Positions 11,960 through 23,589 of a stretch of DNA of 64,000 nt are shown one piece after another. The stretch covers positions 124,001 to 188,000 of the forward strand of contig OZ237763.1 in NCBI GenBank assembly GCA_965178125.1. Reading direction: 5' to 3'. Position 1 is the first letter of the stretch. The number at the start of each line of letters is the position of its first letter. Origin of the DNA: Bilabrum cf. latius. Its lineage: Eukaryota. The notes below the pieces were generated by a model. It did not search any database. It saw only the letters and a program-made list of their open reading frames with translations, and was not told the origin of the DNA. Position numbers and translations under genes: made by a program.

Positions 11960-13159
11960 TCACCCCGTTTGCACGGTCGTACCGACAGCCTCCAGCAGCT
12001 TCACGCAGTCTTCGTGCCCTCCCAGCCTGGCTGCTTCCGGGGGCCTCACCGCGCTGTCGCTGCCCTCATGCTTCCCCGTCACCTCGCCCTCCATCTCCAG
12101 CCCGCCCGCCAGCTTCCCCAGCCTCAGCCGCTTCTCCAGCTCCAGAGGCCTGCCGTCCCTTGCCGCCTGGAACACCATCCGCGCGTCCCTCTTGGCCTCC
12201 ACTGCCCTCCTCCACTGTAGTAGCCAGTGCCCACGCATGCGGCGTTCCTTCAAGACTTTGTGTACTTCGTGCAGGTCGCGCCAGTGGCTATGCTCCAGGC
12301 TCCGTTGTCGCTCAAGAATCCGGAAGTACTTGAGCACTTCTTCGCGATTTAGTCTGCGAGCAACTTCCAGTGGGCTCTCTGCTGTCGCAACGCCATTGAC
12401 CTACGATGAGATTGGTGTGCTACACGAGAGACAACGGACTGTGCACGAAACGTGGTCAATTGCAGTTTTGGCCATCCACAGATTCAACACCCTGACCGCC
12501 GTCTATCATCATTTCCGGTACTCACCGCCATGTCATAATCAAATACTGCTCCTGCCTCGACGAGCAGACGGCACATATCTGCATTGCCATTGTGGGCTGC
12601 CCACCAGAGCGGATCCGGCCTTATCTGTGAGGACAAAGCAAAGACCGATCCTTGAGCCTATGCCTCCAGGGAGGTACTATTTACGTTTCAAGGCTAGATA
12701 TTTTATAATATGTCTCACGCATGACGAGCCGTAGATCCTCGCACCTGTTTGCAGGAGGTACTTCGCTACATCGTTGTGATTCTCATGCACAGCCCACCAT
12801 AGAGCCGTGCGAGCTCCCTGCGTGACCAGCCACAACCAGGGCAATACAAAGTTCTACTATGATCAATCAGCAGCATAATGTTCAACGATATGATGATTAA
12901 GGTTCGGCTAAGATGGTTCGCAAGATTGGCCACGTGAAGGTGAGGGCGGCAACTTGTTGATGAGCATCATGACAATCAATAGTTTTAGACTTACCGAATC
13001 CCACTATTCGATATCGGAGACACGAGCTACATATTTCACTCCGGAGATATCCCCCATCTTCGCATAGAAGATTATGCTTCCGTACGCCCTGTGATTTTGT
13101 GGCCGCAAAATGAGTGCAGCACTACGATAGGCTCCACATCGCGACAACGATTTTGGCAT
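11960..13159 (-). CDS. Ankyrin-repeat protein, about 267 aa; exons 13159-12995, 12817-12719, 12624-12526, 12400-11960; TAG at 13004-13006
   Basis: Spliced product reads ...DIE*WDS|GARTALWWAVHENHNDVAKYLLQTGARIYGSSC|IRPDPLWWAAHNGNADMCRLLVEAGAVFDYDMA|VNGVATAESPLEVARRL... All three introns are GT..AG, phase 0. Ends TGA. Confidence 0.75.
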
Positions 13160-13561
13160 GATTATCTACAAATACCCACGTTTACCTAGCATGCACCAAC
13201 AAGTCTCGCACTCACCCCGACATTCTTGATTCTATGGTTTGGCATGGGTTGGTCTAGCTGGTTCCGGTTACCACAGATTGCGAGTCGCTGCCCAGTGAGG
13301 TGGTCCGTCCACGTTTCACCCTTCAATGAATCCTTCCTCCCCACCTCCTCGCCTTCGGTCCAGCACCCACCTGCAGAGGGCTGATCGCATTGGGCTGGTC
13401 TCATCCCCTACCCTGCTACCATTGCTAGGCTACTTGTATGTCCATGCGCCACGGCACCCTGTGGGCACACTCCTGCCTTAGCACAAGACCAAGTCGTAGT
13501 CTTGGTCGATTGCCCCCGTCTCGTAGACCACCGAGCATGCACGCTCCATCGCACACCAACA

Positions 13562-15968
13562 TCACCGCCCGCTGCACGCAGCCTCCAGCAGCTTCACGCA
13601 GTCCTCGTGCCCTCCCAGCCTGGCTGCCTCTAGTGGACTCAAAACCAGCACCGCGCTGCCCTCATGCTTCCCCGTCACCTCGCCCTCCATCTCCAGCCCG
13701 CCCGCCAGCTTCCCCAGCCTCAGCCGCTTCCCCAGCTCCAGAGGCCTACCGTCCCTCGCCGCCCGGAACACCATCCGCGCGTCCCTCTTGGCCTCCACTG
13801 CCCTCCTCCACCGCACCACTCCATCGCGACGCACAACCGAAGACGCTCGCACCAGCTCCATGCACTGCTTCACGGCCCCCACCCACTCCCCTCCCGGCTG
13901 CCCCCTCCTGCACCCCATGTGCTCCCCACTGACCCCCCATGCCCCCCCCATGCCCCCCCCCCCCGCCCCTCCTGCACCCCATGTGCTCCCCACTGACCCC
14001 CCATGCCCCCCCCATGCCCCCCCCCCCGCCCCTCCTGCACCCCATGTGCTCCCCACTGACCCCTCCTGCACCCCATGTGCTCCCCACTGACCCTCGCGGC
14101 CAGCACAAACAGCCCAGCCAGACCCACCTCACGCCCGTCGAACCACCCCTCCCGCATGCCATCCACCCTCCACCAGGGCCTGACTCACAAGGATGCAGTC
14201 GCCTGGTGACCCGGACTCGATGGCACCGCCCATGGCACGGGCAGCGTATGCCAGGACCTGTTGTGATTGCAGGCGGCTTCTCTACTTGAATATGCCTGCC
14301 AGCATGCGGATAGCGCAGGCGGCTCGGTCTGCCCTGGCGCCTGTGTCCGACGAAGTCGCACTGCTGCCATCCACCTTGCCATGGCCCTTGCTGCTTCCAT
14401 CGGATGTGTGCTGACTATTGATCCAGCGAAGCACGATATCACTGCGGTCTTCTTCGCTGGCCGTCGTCAGGGCCTTGTTGTAGCAAAGATCCTTGTCCAC
14501 CAGCAGTCCAGCATTCTGGCGAATGGCCGCGACCAGGGGTCTTGTGCCTCCATTTATCGCGTTCGTACACTCAAGTCTGGCGCTTGCCATCGTGACATGG
14601 CACTGGAAGAGGTCGTGCAGGAAATTATGGCTGCATTTGTTGTCCCTGACCTTGGCACCTAGCACCACCAGGCCCTAATTGCGAGTCATGGCTCGGGCGA
14701 CTTGCCCGGCGGTGGGGGCAAGCCGCGAGTCGATACCGCTGCGCTATATTTCATCGTGACCGGTACTATAATCGCCGTTACTGTACTCCGTCCAATACTT
14801 TTGCTGATACCCGTCGTCTATTCCGCCATACTGCAAGCACAGGTCAATGCTCAGGTGGGTGAGGGATCGGTTGGTCCGAAGAACAGCTGCGAATGCACGC
14901 AAGGACGCTTCGGACCAGATGCTTCCTTGGTAAATCCCGTAAAGCGTGAGGTGGGTCAGCGTGTCGTTCACCTGCAACGCCTCCATGAGGGCAAGACAAG
15001 CCGTCGGGACCGATGCTAGATCGATGTAGATTTAGCGTCTCGAGCGTAGAGTTCGTCTTGAGGCTCTCGGCTATTGGCTTCATATCGTCGCTATAGACCG
15101 CAAAAATCCCGACGTCCAGCTTCCTCAAGTGCTCATTAGTGGCTAGCGCCCGCCCAAGGCGGATGGATGCCTCCAATGGGAACCGCGTGCTGCTCAAGTA
15201 CAACTCTTGCAGCCGGCATCGTGGTGAGCCAAGTGCCCCGGCCAGCGCAACACCCGCGGGCCATGCAGTGCAATCTGGGTCGCCGGAAATGAAGTCGCCC
15301 TGCCAGTCGAAATGTACTTTCGAGAGCGACTTGCTCTTGGCGATCAGGCCTGACAGGAGCGTCCCCGCGCCTGCCAGTCCGCTGCTGAAGGTCAATTCCG
15401 TAAGTGCGGTGGAGCATGCAAGCTCGGACAGGATGTCGCTGGCTCGTTCCAAGTCGGCCTGTGGAAATGTCCGGTACTTTTTCTCGCCATGGCTTAGCTT
15501 GAGAACCGACAAAGCCGTGCACTGAGACATACCCTTCCTCAGCTTCAATTCCGTCTCAGTGGACATTTCCATGGCGGCGAAGAACGTTGGAAGCGCCAGT
15601 GATATCACACCTGTTTGCTCCTCAAGAATCTCTGCCAACGCAACAGAAATGTTTGGCATGTCCACACCATCATCATGATTTGCACATTGGCAGAGTATTC
15701 GGGTGATCCTTGCTCGTTTCAAAGCGATGCAAACCTGCAGCAGCCGCTCTTTTATCAGATCGGACTAGCCCACATTCTTGATCTGCAACAAATTGATAGA
15801 TGTCATCTTTCGAAGAGTGCTGCAGATCGACATCATCGTGTTGTAATCAATTCTGTTGGATGCTAGATCAATTCCGACCTGGTCAAAATCGGGGCCTTCC
15901 TCCGATCCCCTGAACTCGTGCCATTCTTTCGATCGATGCAAAGGCAACCCCTGGGCCAAGATCTACAT
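13562..15968 (-). pseudogene. RNI-like leucine-rich-repeat gene with an ankyrin-like C-terminal module; frame disrupted (possibly sequencing error)
   Basis: LRR units LQELYLSSTRF, LATNEHLRKLDV, LKTNSTLETLNL, LQVNDTLTHLTL, LRTNRSLTHLSI. Several TAGs are read in frame (15963, 15765, 14744, about 14675, 14282). A +1 frameshift lies near 14995, and a repeat expansion at 13900-14093 precedes the last coding block. Confidence 0.6.
13900..14093. repeat. C-rich minisatellite: core cctcctgcaccccatgtgctccccactgacccc x4 interleaved with ccatgccccccc runs
   Basis: Directly visible repeated units. Confidence 0.9.
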
Positions 15969-16128
15969 GCCTTCATCGCATGGGCACGAATTAATGCAAA
16001 AGTACCATCTATTTGTAGCGAACCAGACCCAGTCCTAGAACGTTCGTTTATGATTTGTAACGAGCTGATTTACGAAAAAATACGACACAACTTTACGACC
16101 GATTTCACTGAGACCTTGACCTTAGCAA

Positions 16129-17078
16129 ATGATGCGGGTAGCAGCTCGATTTGCACGGTTGTCTCGTGTTAGTTCTGCCCTGCGAGGGTCCAGTGCTTCA
16201 GTCGTGAGTCCGGATAAGTCCGTTTGGTTGCTTGTCCGAAGGCTGATGTGGTCCGAACATTGCCAGGTAAAAGCCTGCCGGTCCCCACCCGCGCACCGTT
16301 GGTTAGAATGCATAATTCATTTCGTCCGCAGCAACGCTCCTTTGGAGGCTCTGCGACTGCGTTGAGCAACTTCAAGCCGAACCCCCAGCACACACCTGAT
16401 CACACGAATACACGGGAGCATGCCTTCGACTTCACGGAGGAGAATTACGAGATTGTAGATAGGATTTTGTCAAAATACCCGACGAATTACCGACGAAGCG
16501 GCGTGATCCCGCTCTTGGACCTTGCGCAGCGGCAGTGCGGCAACTTTTTGCCCGTGGCGGCGTGTGAAAAGGTGGCCCGCATCACCGACTGCTCGCCCCA
16601 GGAGGTGTTCGAGGTAGCCAGTTTTTACACGATGTTCAACCGAACTCGCGTGGGGAAGTATTTCATCCAGCTGTGCGGCACGACTCCGTGCATGGTGTGC
16701 GGCAGCGAGGAGATCAAGAAGACGATCGAGAAGCATCTGGGCATCAAGGAGGGAGGCACCACGGAGGACGGCATGTTCACCCTGAGGGAAGTGGAGTGTC
16801 TGGGCGCGTGCGTGAACGCCCCCATGGTGCAGATCAATGACGATTTCTACGAGATGCTCACTCCCGAGACGACCATCGAGGTACTCGAGGCGTGCAAGGC
16901 GGGCAAGCCCCTCCCGCTCACCAAGTGGGGCAGCCGGCCCATGAACGGGCAGATCAGCTGCGAGGGTCCCAAGGGTAAGACCACTCTCAACGGCACTCCG
17001 CCTCCCCCCGGGTTCAAGATGAGGGAGATCCCCAAGAACGACGACCCCGCCAAAGTCAAGGAGCACATGATGTACTGA
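16129..17078 (+). CDS. NDUFV2: NADH:ubiquinone oxidoreductase 24-kDa subunit; exons 16129-16203 and 16332-17078
   Basis: Mitochondrial-type presequence MMRVAARFARLSRV; motifs EVASFYTMF, CGTTPCMVCG and VECLGACVNAP ([2Fe-2S] ligands). Ends TGA; no internal TAG. Confidence 0.97.
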
Positions 17079-17275
17079 GCGAGACTGGGATAGCACGCGG
17101 TGTTGCGGGCTGGGGTTGCAGGATGGGGTTGTTGGGTGACGTTGGTATTGGAGTTTGACTGAATCCATTCATGGTGGTTCAAGCGGTAGGCCTAGTCATG
17201 CGATACTATTGAGATTCCGAACCAGTTGATGAGCCGTAGAACCACGCACGCATCAAGTCCTTTCAACAGCTTGCG

Positions 17276-18649
17276 ATGCGCCAATCCGTAGCGCTTGTAA
17301 TTTCAGCAGCTGTATCGGCCTGCGTGTCAGCAGAAACTTTCGGTGCGTGGCAGTCGATTCTTGCTTGCGATCTTACGAAGCCTGCATTATAAGCATTTTC
17401 TAGTATAAGCTCCATGGTCAGCAGATACCGACTGCTGATTGCTACAAATAAATGCTTAAATCTATCTTGCATCTGCTTTTGCATTATGCATGAGCGCCAG
17501 CGTCTTCTGTCTCTGCGAAGTTGCACTTGAATCGACTCGCAGGCACGGTGCTTTCTGCCGCTCACATCACCGACCAGGAGCAGGAGCTGTTCAACTACAC
17601 CCTTCCTGCGGGCTCCAAGTGGGGATACACCACGCACTTCTGGATCACTGGCGGCAAGACGATCGACAACGCCATCATCCGGTACTACGTCGACGGCGAG
17701 CCGCTCGAGTTCAGCCCGCCCTTCGCCGCTGGAGTGGGCTGGGACGACCAGACCATATTCATGCACAAGTGGGCCGGCAAGGGCTCGGACCTGAGCGCGT
17801 GGAACGTGAATTTCCGGGTCCCGTTCACCCGCAACTTCCGTGTGACGTACCGGCTGCCTTCGGGCTCGAGCCCCGACACGGTGTACATGATCGTCCGCGG
17901 CATGACGGACCAGCCTCTCGAGATCGGGGGCGTGAAGGTGCCCCTGCCGCAGGGCAAGATGCTCCTGCAGGCCAAGAATGCCACCCTTCAGCCCATGGAC
18001 TTTTTGTCCATCGTGGACATCCCAGAGGGCATGGACGGGTTCGTTTTCCAGACGACTCTCTCCTTCGCTTCCCCTAACCTCAACACGCTCGAGGGGTGCT
18101 TCCACCTGTACCAGGGGGGTGACACCACCTGGCCGGGGATGCTGCTGTCCTCGGGCACAGAGGACTACTACGATTCGTGTGAGTCGGGGGATGGAGTGCG
18201 GACCTTCTGCAATGCACTGCATCCGCGTGGCAGGCCGTGGTCGTATCCGGATGTCCCGATCCAGCGTCACCCATTGAAACCTTCAATACATCTTCTCTCC
18301 ACCCCCCGCCCCCCCCGCCCCCTACCACCCCTTCACCCATGTCCTCGCAGCGTACTACTTCGATCTGGGCAGCGCCACCTGGCGCACCCCCGTGAGCGGA
18401 CTAACCCACCTGGACAGGACAGAGGGCGCGGTCAAGTTCTCCGCCTACAGGTACCACGAGATGGACCCATTGGTGTTCACCAACGGGGCAAGGATGGACT
18501 GGAGGAATGGTGACATGAACGACCCCGTGACCGGGCACAAGTGCTTCACCAAGTCCGGGGGCAAGATCGTGGGCAGCCCAGGGGTGGCCCAGGCCCAGTC
18601 CTACGGGTGGGCGTACGTCTGGCCCACCGGGAGCGGGAATTAGGTGTGA
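17276..18649 (+). CDS. Secreted DUF2961 (GH172-like) family protein; exons 17276-17342, 17543-18178, 18351-18649
   Basis: Signal peptide MRQSVALVISAAVSACVSA; motifs THFWITGG, IRYYVDGE, LEGC, SSGTEDYYDSSYYF, AYRYHEMDPLVF. The 3' end reads AAT TAG GTG TGA, so it ends at 18643 or (if UAG is sense) 18649. Family assigned from remembered motifs. Confidence 0.65.
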
Positions 18650-18999
18650 TGAGTAATGCGGGCGATGGCTTTAGACTAAGTTACATTTTGTACGTGTTGC
18701 CTTGCGCGAGCCATCGGCAGTGATTCTATTACACGGGTGGTGCCACAGTGGATCGGATCGGATGCATGCTGAGCGCTCCTCATCCAGGTAAACACTTTAC
18801 TCTTGCTACGGTCATGTTCACGTGTATGTGTGTCTGTATCATTCATTGCATGCCTGCCTCCTAGCGGGCGCACAAAGCACGCTGGCTCTGCTGGCAGTAG
18901 CAGCAACTTGCTTGTGCCGCTCTTGCCCTGCCCGGCCGCCGGGGCTCCCGCGTGTCATCCTTCTCGACGAGCTTTCTATGCTTCCACTGCTGGGATGCG

Positions 19000-19643
19000 T
19001 CACTTCAACACTCGAAACAATTTGGGCGCGACCTGCAGGGTGTGGATCGATTCGGGGGGGGCAGCCAGGCAGGGGGTGAAGGCGATTCAACCATATCGGG
19101 TATTGGGGTAATGGCTTGCGAGCAGGGATCACTGGAAGCCATGGCTACGCGACATGCGCAGCACAATATGTTCTGCACGGAACTCACGCACTTGTCCACG
19201 CATGTCCAGTAGTCCATCGCCCAGCCCTCGCACGTCCCCTTGCCCTTGTCATTGATTCGCTTCACGCAGGACTGGTACTTGGTCCACTGAGACCCGCAAG
19301 TGGTGTGGCACTCCTTTTCAAACTTGGGCTTGGGATCAACCGGGTCAGACTGAGAGGAAAGGACACAATACAGACGCAGTTGATGCGAGTGCGATGGATA
19401 GGGCCAGAACGATGAAGTACAGCGACGAACACGGCACGCAGATGGGCTCTGTCTCGACAATCGATAGTAGTAGATACAATTCGGGCAACGACACTGGGAT
19501 CTACGGACACCAGGTGCTGCCTGTGAGCGTCGCATCTGCCCCCAACATGCGGTCTCCGTGTGCAAGTGCTATATGGCGCAAACAGGCACCGCAGCACAAC
19601 GTGCTGCCGAGGACCACGCTAGATATAAGCAAATTCTCACCAT
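19000..19643 (-). CDS. QCR6: Cytochrome b-c1 complex hinge subunit; exons 19643-19641 (ATG only), 19349-19188, 19032-19000
   Basis: M|SDPVDPKPKFEKECHTTCGSQWTKYQSCVKRINDKGKGTCEGWAMDYWTCVDKC|VAPKLFRVLK-TGA, with the Cys spacing and CVAPKLF end typical of UQCRH/QCR6. Confidence 0.9.
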
Positions 19644-19971
19644 TGCAGCTATTTGTGGCTCCTGCTAGGTTCGCTTTGGGATCAGAGCGGCAACAAACAG
19701 GCTGGCTGGTATTCGCCCATAACCACACCTCACAAAATTATCCACACGTTGTCCGCGATCGGCGCCTCCAGGCAACAGGAAAGCTGCGCTTCGCTACTGT
19801 ATCGTCCTAATATCCTTGGGTTGGTATTTTGGACCAGGCAGAGCTGCTGCTATATCCCAGTAGAGCTTATTTCACAAGGTGTGCGAGCTCGAAAACTGCC
19901 GGTCACTCTCTCCTCAGTGTCGGCCCCACATACAACCCAAAGTGACGAACGCGAGCGTTACATCAAAAACC

Positions 19972-22082
19972 ATGCGTGCACTATCAGTACTGTTGAGTGC
20001 TGCATGCTTGCTAGCAGTCCCACGGCGCGTGCTCGCGAACGAGGACGACCATGAGGTGAGCCAGCCTGCTGGCCCGTCGTCCGTGAAACCATTGAAGTCC
20101 CACCCCACTCTCTAGCTACCTATCGCTCGTGGTTCATCAGAAGATAATGCAGCACTTCTGATGCCCCCCCCTTTCCCCTGTTTGCATGCTTACCGCAGTA
20201 TCGCCCCGGAGATCCAGTGACACTGTGGCTCACCAAGGTAGGACCGTACCACAACCCGCAGGAAACATACAGCTACTACACGCTCCCTTTCTGCGCCCCT
20301 GAAACTCCCTTGGAACCCCAGCGCAAGGCTGCGGACCTCGCGGACGTGCTGGAGGGCCACGAGTGGGTGAACTCCGATTTGACGGTGCACTTCGGACTCG
20401 ACGTGGCCAGGACCCCCTACTGCTCCATGGAGCTGGACCAGGACAGCGCCAAGTTTCTGGACTTTGCCATCGCGAATCACTTCTGGTACCAGCTGAACGT
20501 GGACACGCTCCCTGTGTGGGGCATGGTGGGCGAGGTGGTGACCTCGAAGGACATGCTGGAGCACCTGCAGCAGCACGGCGAGACCTTCCAGGAGGAGGTG
20601 AACCGCATGGGGCACAACACGGAGGCCGTCATGGCCGTGAGCATGAAGCAGGCGCAGGGGATGCAGGACAAGGCCTTTTTGTTCACCCACAAGCACTTCA
20701 CGTTCGGGTACAGCGGCGACCGGATCGTCGAGGTCAACCTCACATCCGACCACCCCGTGCACATCGAGCCTGGCAAGCTGTTCGACCTCTCGTACTCGGT
20801 GGAGTGGGTCGAGGTGGACCGTTCCTTCGAGTCCAGGTACCACCGCTACTTGGACCATGCCTTCTTCGAGCACCACGTCCACTGGTTCTCGCTGGCGAAC
20901 AGCTTCCTGCTCGTGCTGTTCCTCGTGGGCTTCGTCATGGTCATCCTGGCGAGGACGGTGTGGAGGGACATCGCCAGGTTCTTGCAGGCGGGTGACCCGG
21001 AGCTGGGGGAGGCGGGAGGGGCCGGGGTGCGGGGCGGGAGGGGCGCGGGAGGCAAGGGGAAGGGGGGTGAGAACGGGTCGGCGCTGGCAGCCGCGGGGGC
21101 CCTGCACGACTCGGGCGGCTGGAAGCAGGTGCGGGGGGACGTCTTCAGGCCAGCCAAGCAGTCTGAGCTCATGGCCGCCATGCTGGGCACGGGCACTCAG
21201 CTGCTGGTCATGACCCTCGGCAGCATATTCGGCGCGCTGGCCAGCTCGCTGTACGTGGACAAGGGCGCGCTGACCACCTCTGGTCTGGGCCTCTACGCGG
21301 TGACAAGCATACTCGCGGGAACCGTGTCGGGCGCGTACTACAGATCCGCCCATTTCCCGAAGGAGGGCAAGAAGTGGAAGTACTCGATGTTTCTCACGGC
21401 CTCGCTGATGCCCTCCTTGGCCGGCACGGTGGTCATGGCCATGTCGGTCGTGGCAGCCTACCACCGGACCCTCAACGCAGTCCCCGTGGGCACCATGGCG
21501 TCGGTGTTCCTGGCGTGGCTCGCGGTGAGCCTACCGCTCGTGGTGGTGGGCACGTACCTGGGGCGGTCCATCTGCGGAAGGTTTAGGGCGCCCATCCGCG
21601 TCAACCCGGACCCGCGGCCCGTGTCGGAGCGGCCGTTCTACGCACACCCGGCGGTGCTTTCCATCGCCGCCGGGCTGCTTCCCTTCGCGTCCATCGTGAT
21701 CGAGCTGTACTTTGTGTTCACTTCGTTCTGGGGGTACAGGTTTTACTTCGTGTACGGGTTCATGCTGGCGGTTTTCTTCATCCTGCTGCTAGTCACGGCC
21801 TGCGTCTCGATCGTGGTGACGTACGCCATTTTGAACGGAGAGGACCACCGGTGGCACTGGGCCTCGTTCGGGGCAGGGGCATCCAGCGCGATCTACGTGC
21901 TGCTGTACGCGGCGTACTACTTTGTGTTCCGGACGAACATGCACGGGATGCTGCAGACGAGCGTGTACTTTGGGTACACCATCTTGGGGTGCGCGGCGCT
22001 TGCCATGATGACAGGTACGGTGGGGTACGCAAGCGCTTCTTTGTTTGTTAGGGGCATCTACGGGCAGCTGAGAGCGGACTGA
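19972..22082 (+). CDS. Transmembrane 9 superfamily (nonaspanin/EMP70, TM9SF3-like); exons 19972-20055 and 20199-22082
   Basis: Signal peptide; KVGPYHNPQETYSYYTLPFC, HHVHWFSLANS, GWKQVRGDVFRP, GEDHRWHW, C-terminal IYGQLRAD. Ends TGA; no TAG. Confidence 0.95.
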
Positions 22083-22341
22083 GGCAAGAGAGAGAAGGGA
22101 ATGCGAAGAAGGGAGGGGAGAGGAGCAGTAGGCGTGGGAACGGGAGAGGATGGGCTTCTGGGGTATGGATCGTGTGTCTCTGACGGGGGTCTCTCTCGGT
22201 GCGCGGAGTGACCCGCGTATATATCGGCTAGAATTGATGATTGAGCAGGCATGATCAGAATGATGTGTCGTAAATGTCCAGCTAGCTGCTACCATGGATC
22301 AGATCCATCGACCAAGACCACATCAGAGTAGGCCTACACGA

Positions 22342-23451
22342 TCACGTGCCCACAAGGTCCACGGCCGCTGGCACATCTTCGCTGCCTCCACCTCGTCTCA
22401 ACGAACTACCGCCACCACCACTAGACGAGAGTGGTAACGATGATGATGACTTGGTCTCGTCAAGGGCCCCCTCACTCATCACACCGCTCGCACGTTCCAA
22501 GCCCGGGTGCTCCTCTGCCCCTCGCCTCGCATGGGACATCGCCGCCGCGAATTCCCTCGGATAGTGTCCCGCCGCCGCCCAGGGCGCCCCCACCAAGTCC
22601 ATGTCCACTCGCCCGGCACCAGCGGCACCAGCGCCACCAGCGGCACCAGCAGCCCATGTTCCATGCTGCAGCAAACCGGAAGCACCACCCGAGGCACTTC
22701 CCCCAGACCCGGCCGCCTGCCTCCACCCCTCCACCTGCAGCAGCGCCTTGTTCCCTGACCCCTCGGCCTCCTCTCGCCTCGCTTTGGCGCGCGCCTCAGT
22801 CACGTCCCCCATCACCTTGAACCCCACCTCCCTCAGCTCGCCGTACAGCACGGGCGGGCCCCCGGGGTCTGCCACGCTGCCGTAGCCGGGATACCAGTGC
22901 GCCGGGTGGTTGTAACCTCCATGAATCCAAGGGCTTGGGTAGTACCCGTTCGACCCCATGGCGCCGGGTGGCCCCCAAGGGACGCAGTGGGCGTGCCATG
23001 CCTAGAGCTGGACTGGCGATAGAACCTCCGGGTTCCAGCAGCAAGGGCACTTGCTGTCCATAATCGCGGCCACGCTAGGAACGATGGGAGTTGGCACCAT
23101 GGCCGGGCCATAAAAATGTCCCGGGTGTGGCAGTGTGCCCGGGATACGACCCGCGAACGGCGGTGCTCCATAGTCAGCGGTAGCTGGCTTCCAGTTGCGT
23201 CCCTAAAGCTCCGGCAAATTCGCTGCCTCCAAATATTCCGACGGCAATGGTAGGAAGAAAGGAGGTACAGGCTTGTCGTCTTCCTTATTCGTGTCTTTGG
23301 TGTGCTGCACACCTTGAAATCGATGTGAACTGCTTGCTGCAAGAGGGACGTTTACCATTGGGTCCATGCTAGCATGCTTTCGCCCAGATTTCGGTCTCAT
23401 CGCAAGACTACTATGCATTATACTAAAAGCCATGATAAAAGCGGCAATCAT
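22342..23451 (-). CDS. Hypothetical, probably secreted Pro/Gly-rich protein; TAG at 23203 and 23002
   Basis: ORFs 23203-23475 and 22342-22959 are in frame and joined across two TAGs. Hydrophobic N-terminus MIAAFIMAFSIMHSSLA. Ends TGA. Confidence 0.55.
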
Positions 23452-23589
23452 AGCGCAAAAATGGGGTGCAATCACCCGATTTTCGAATAGCCAGCGTCGG
23501 CAGCCGCTCGCTCGTCATACCCCATAGCGAGGTTGCAACCGGAAGATGCCCGTTGTGGCGAGCAGAAATCTTGCCCTGCTGCTACAAGC

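Noticed and set aside
11200-16000. Lower-GC region as an endogenous virus or mobile element
   Set aside because: It holds only ankyrin and LRR genes that use the host UAG code, and the ankyrin gene has spliceosomal introns. I found no terminal repeats or hallmark genes.
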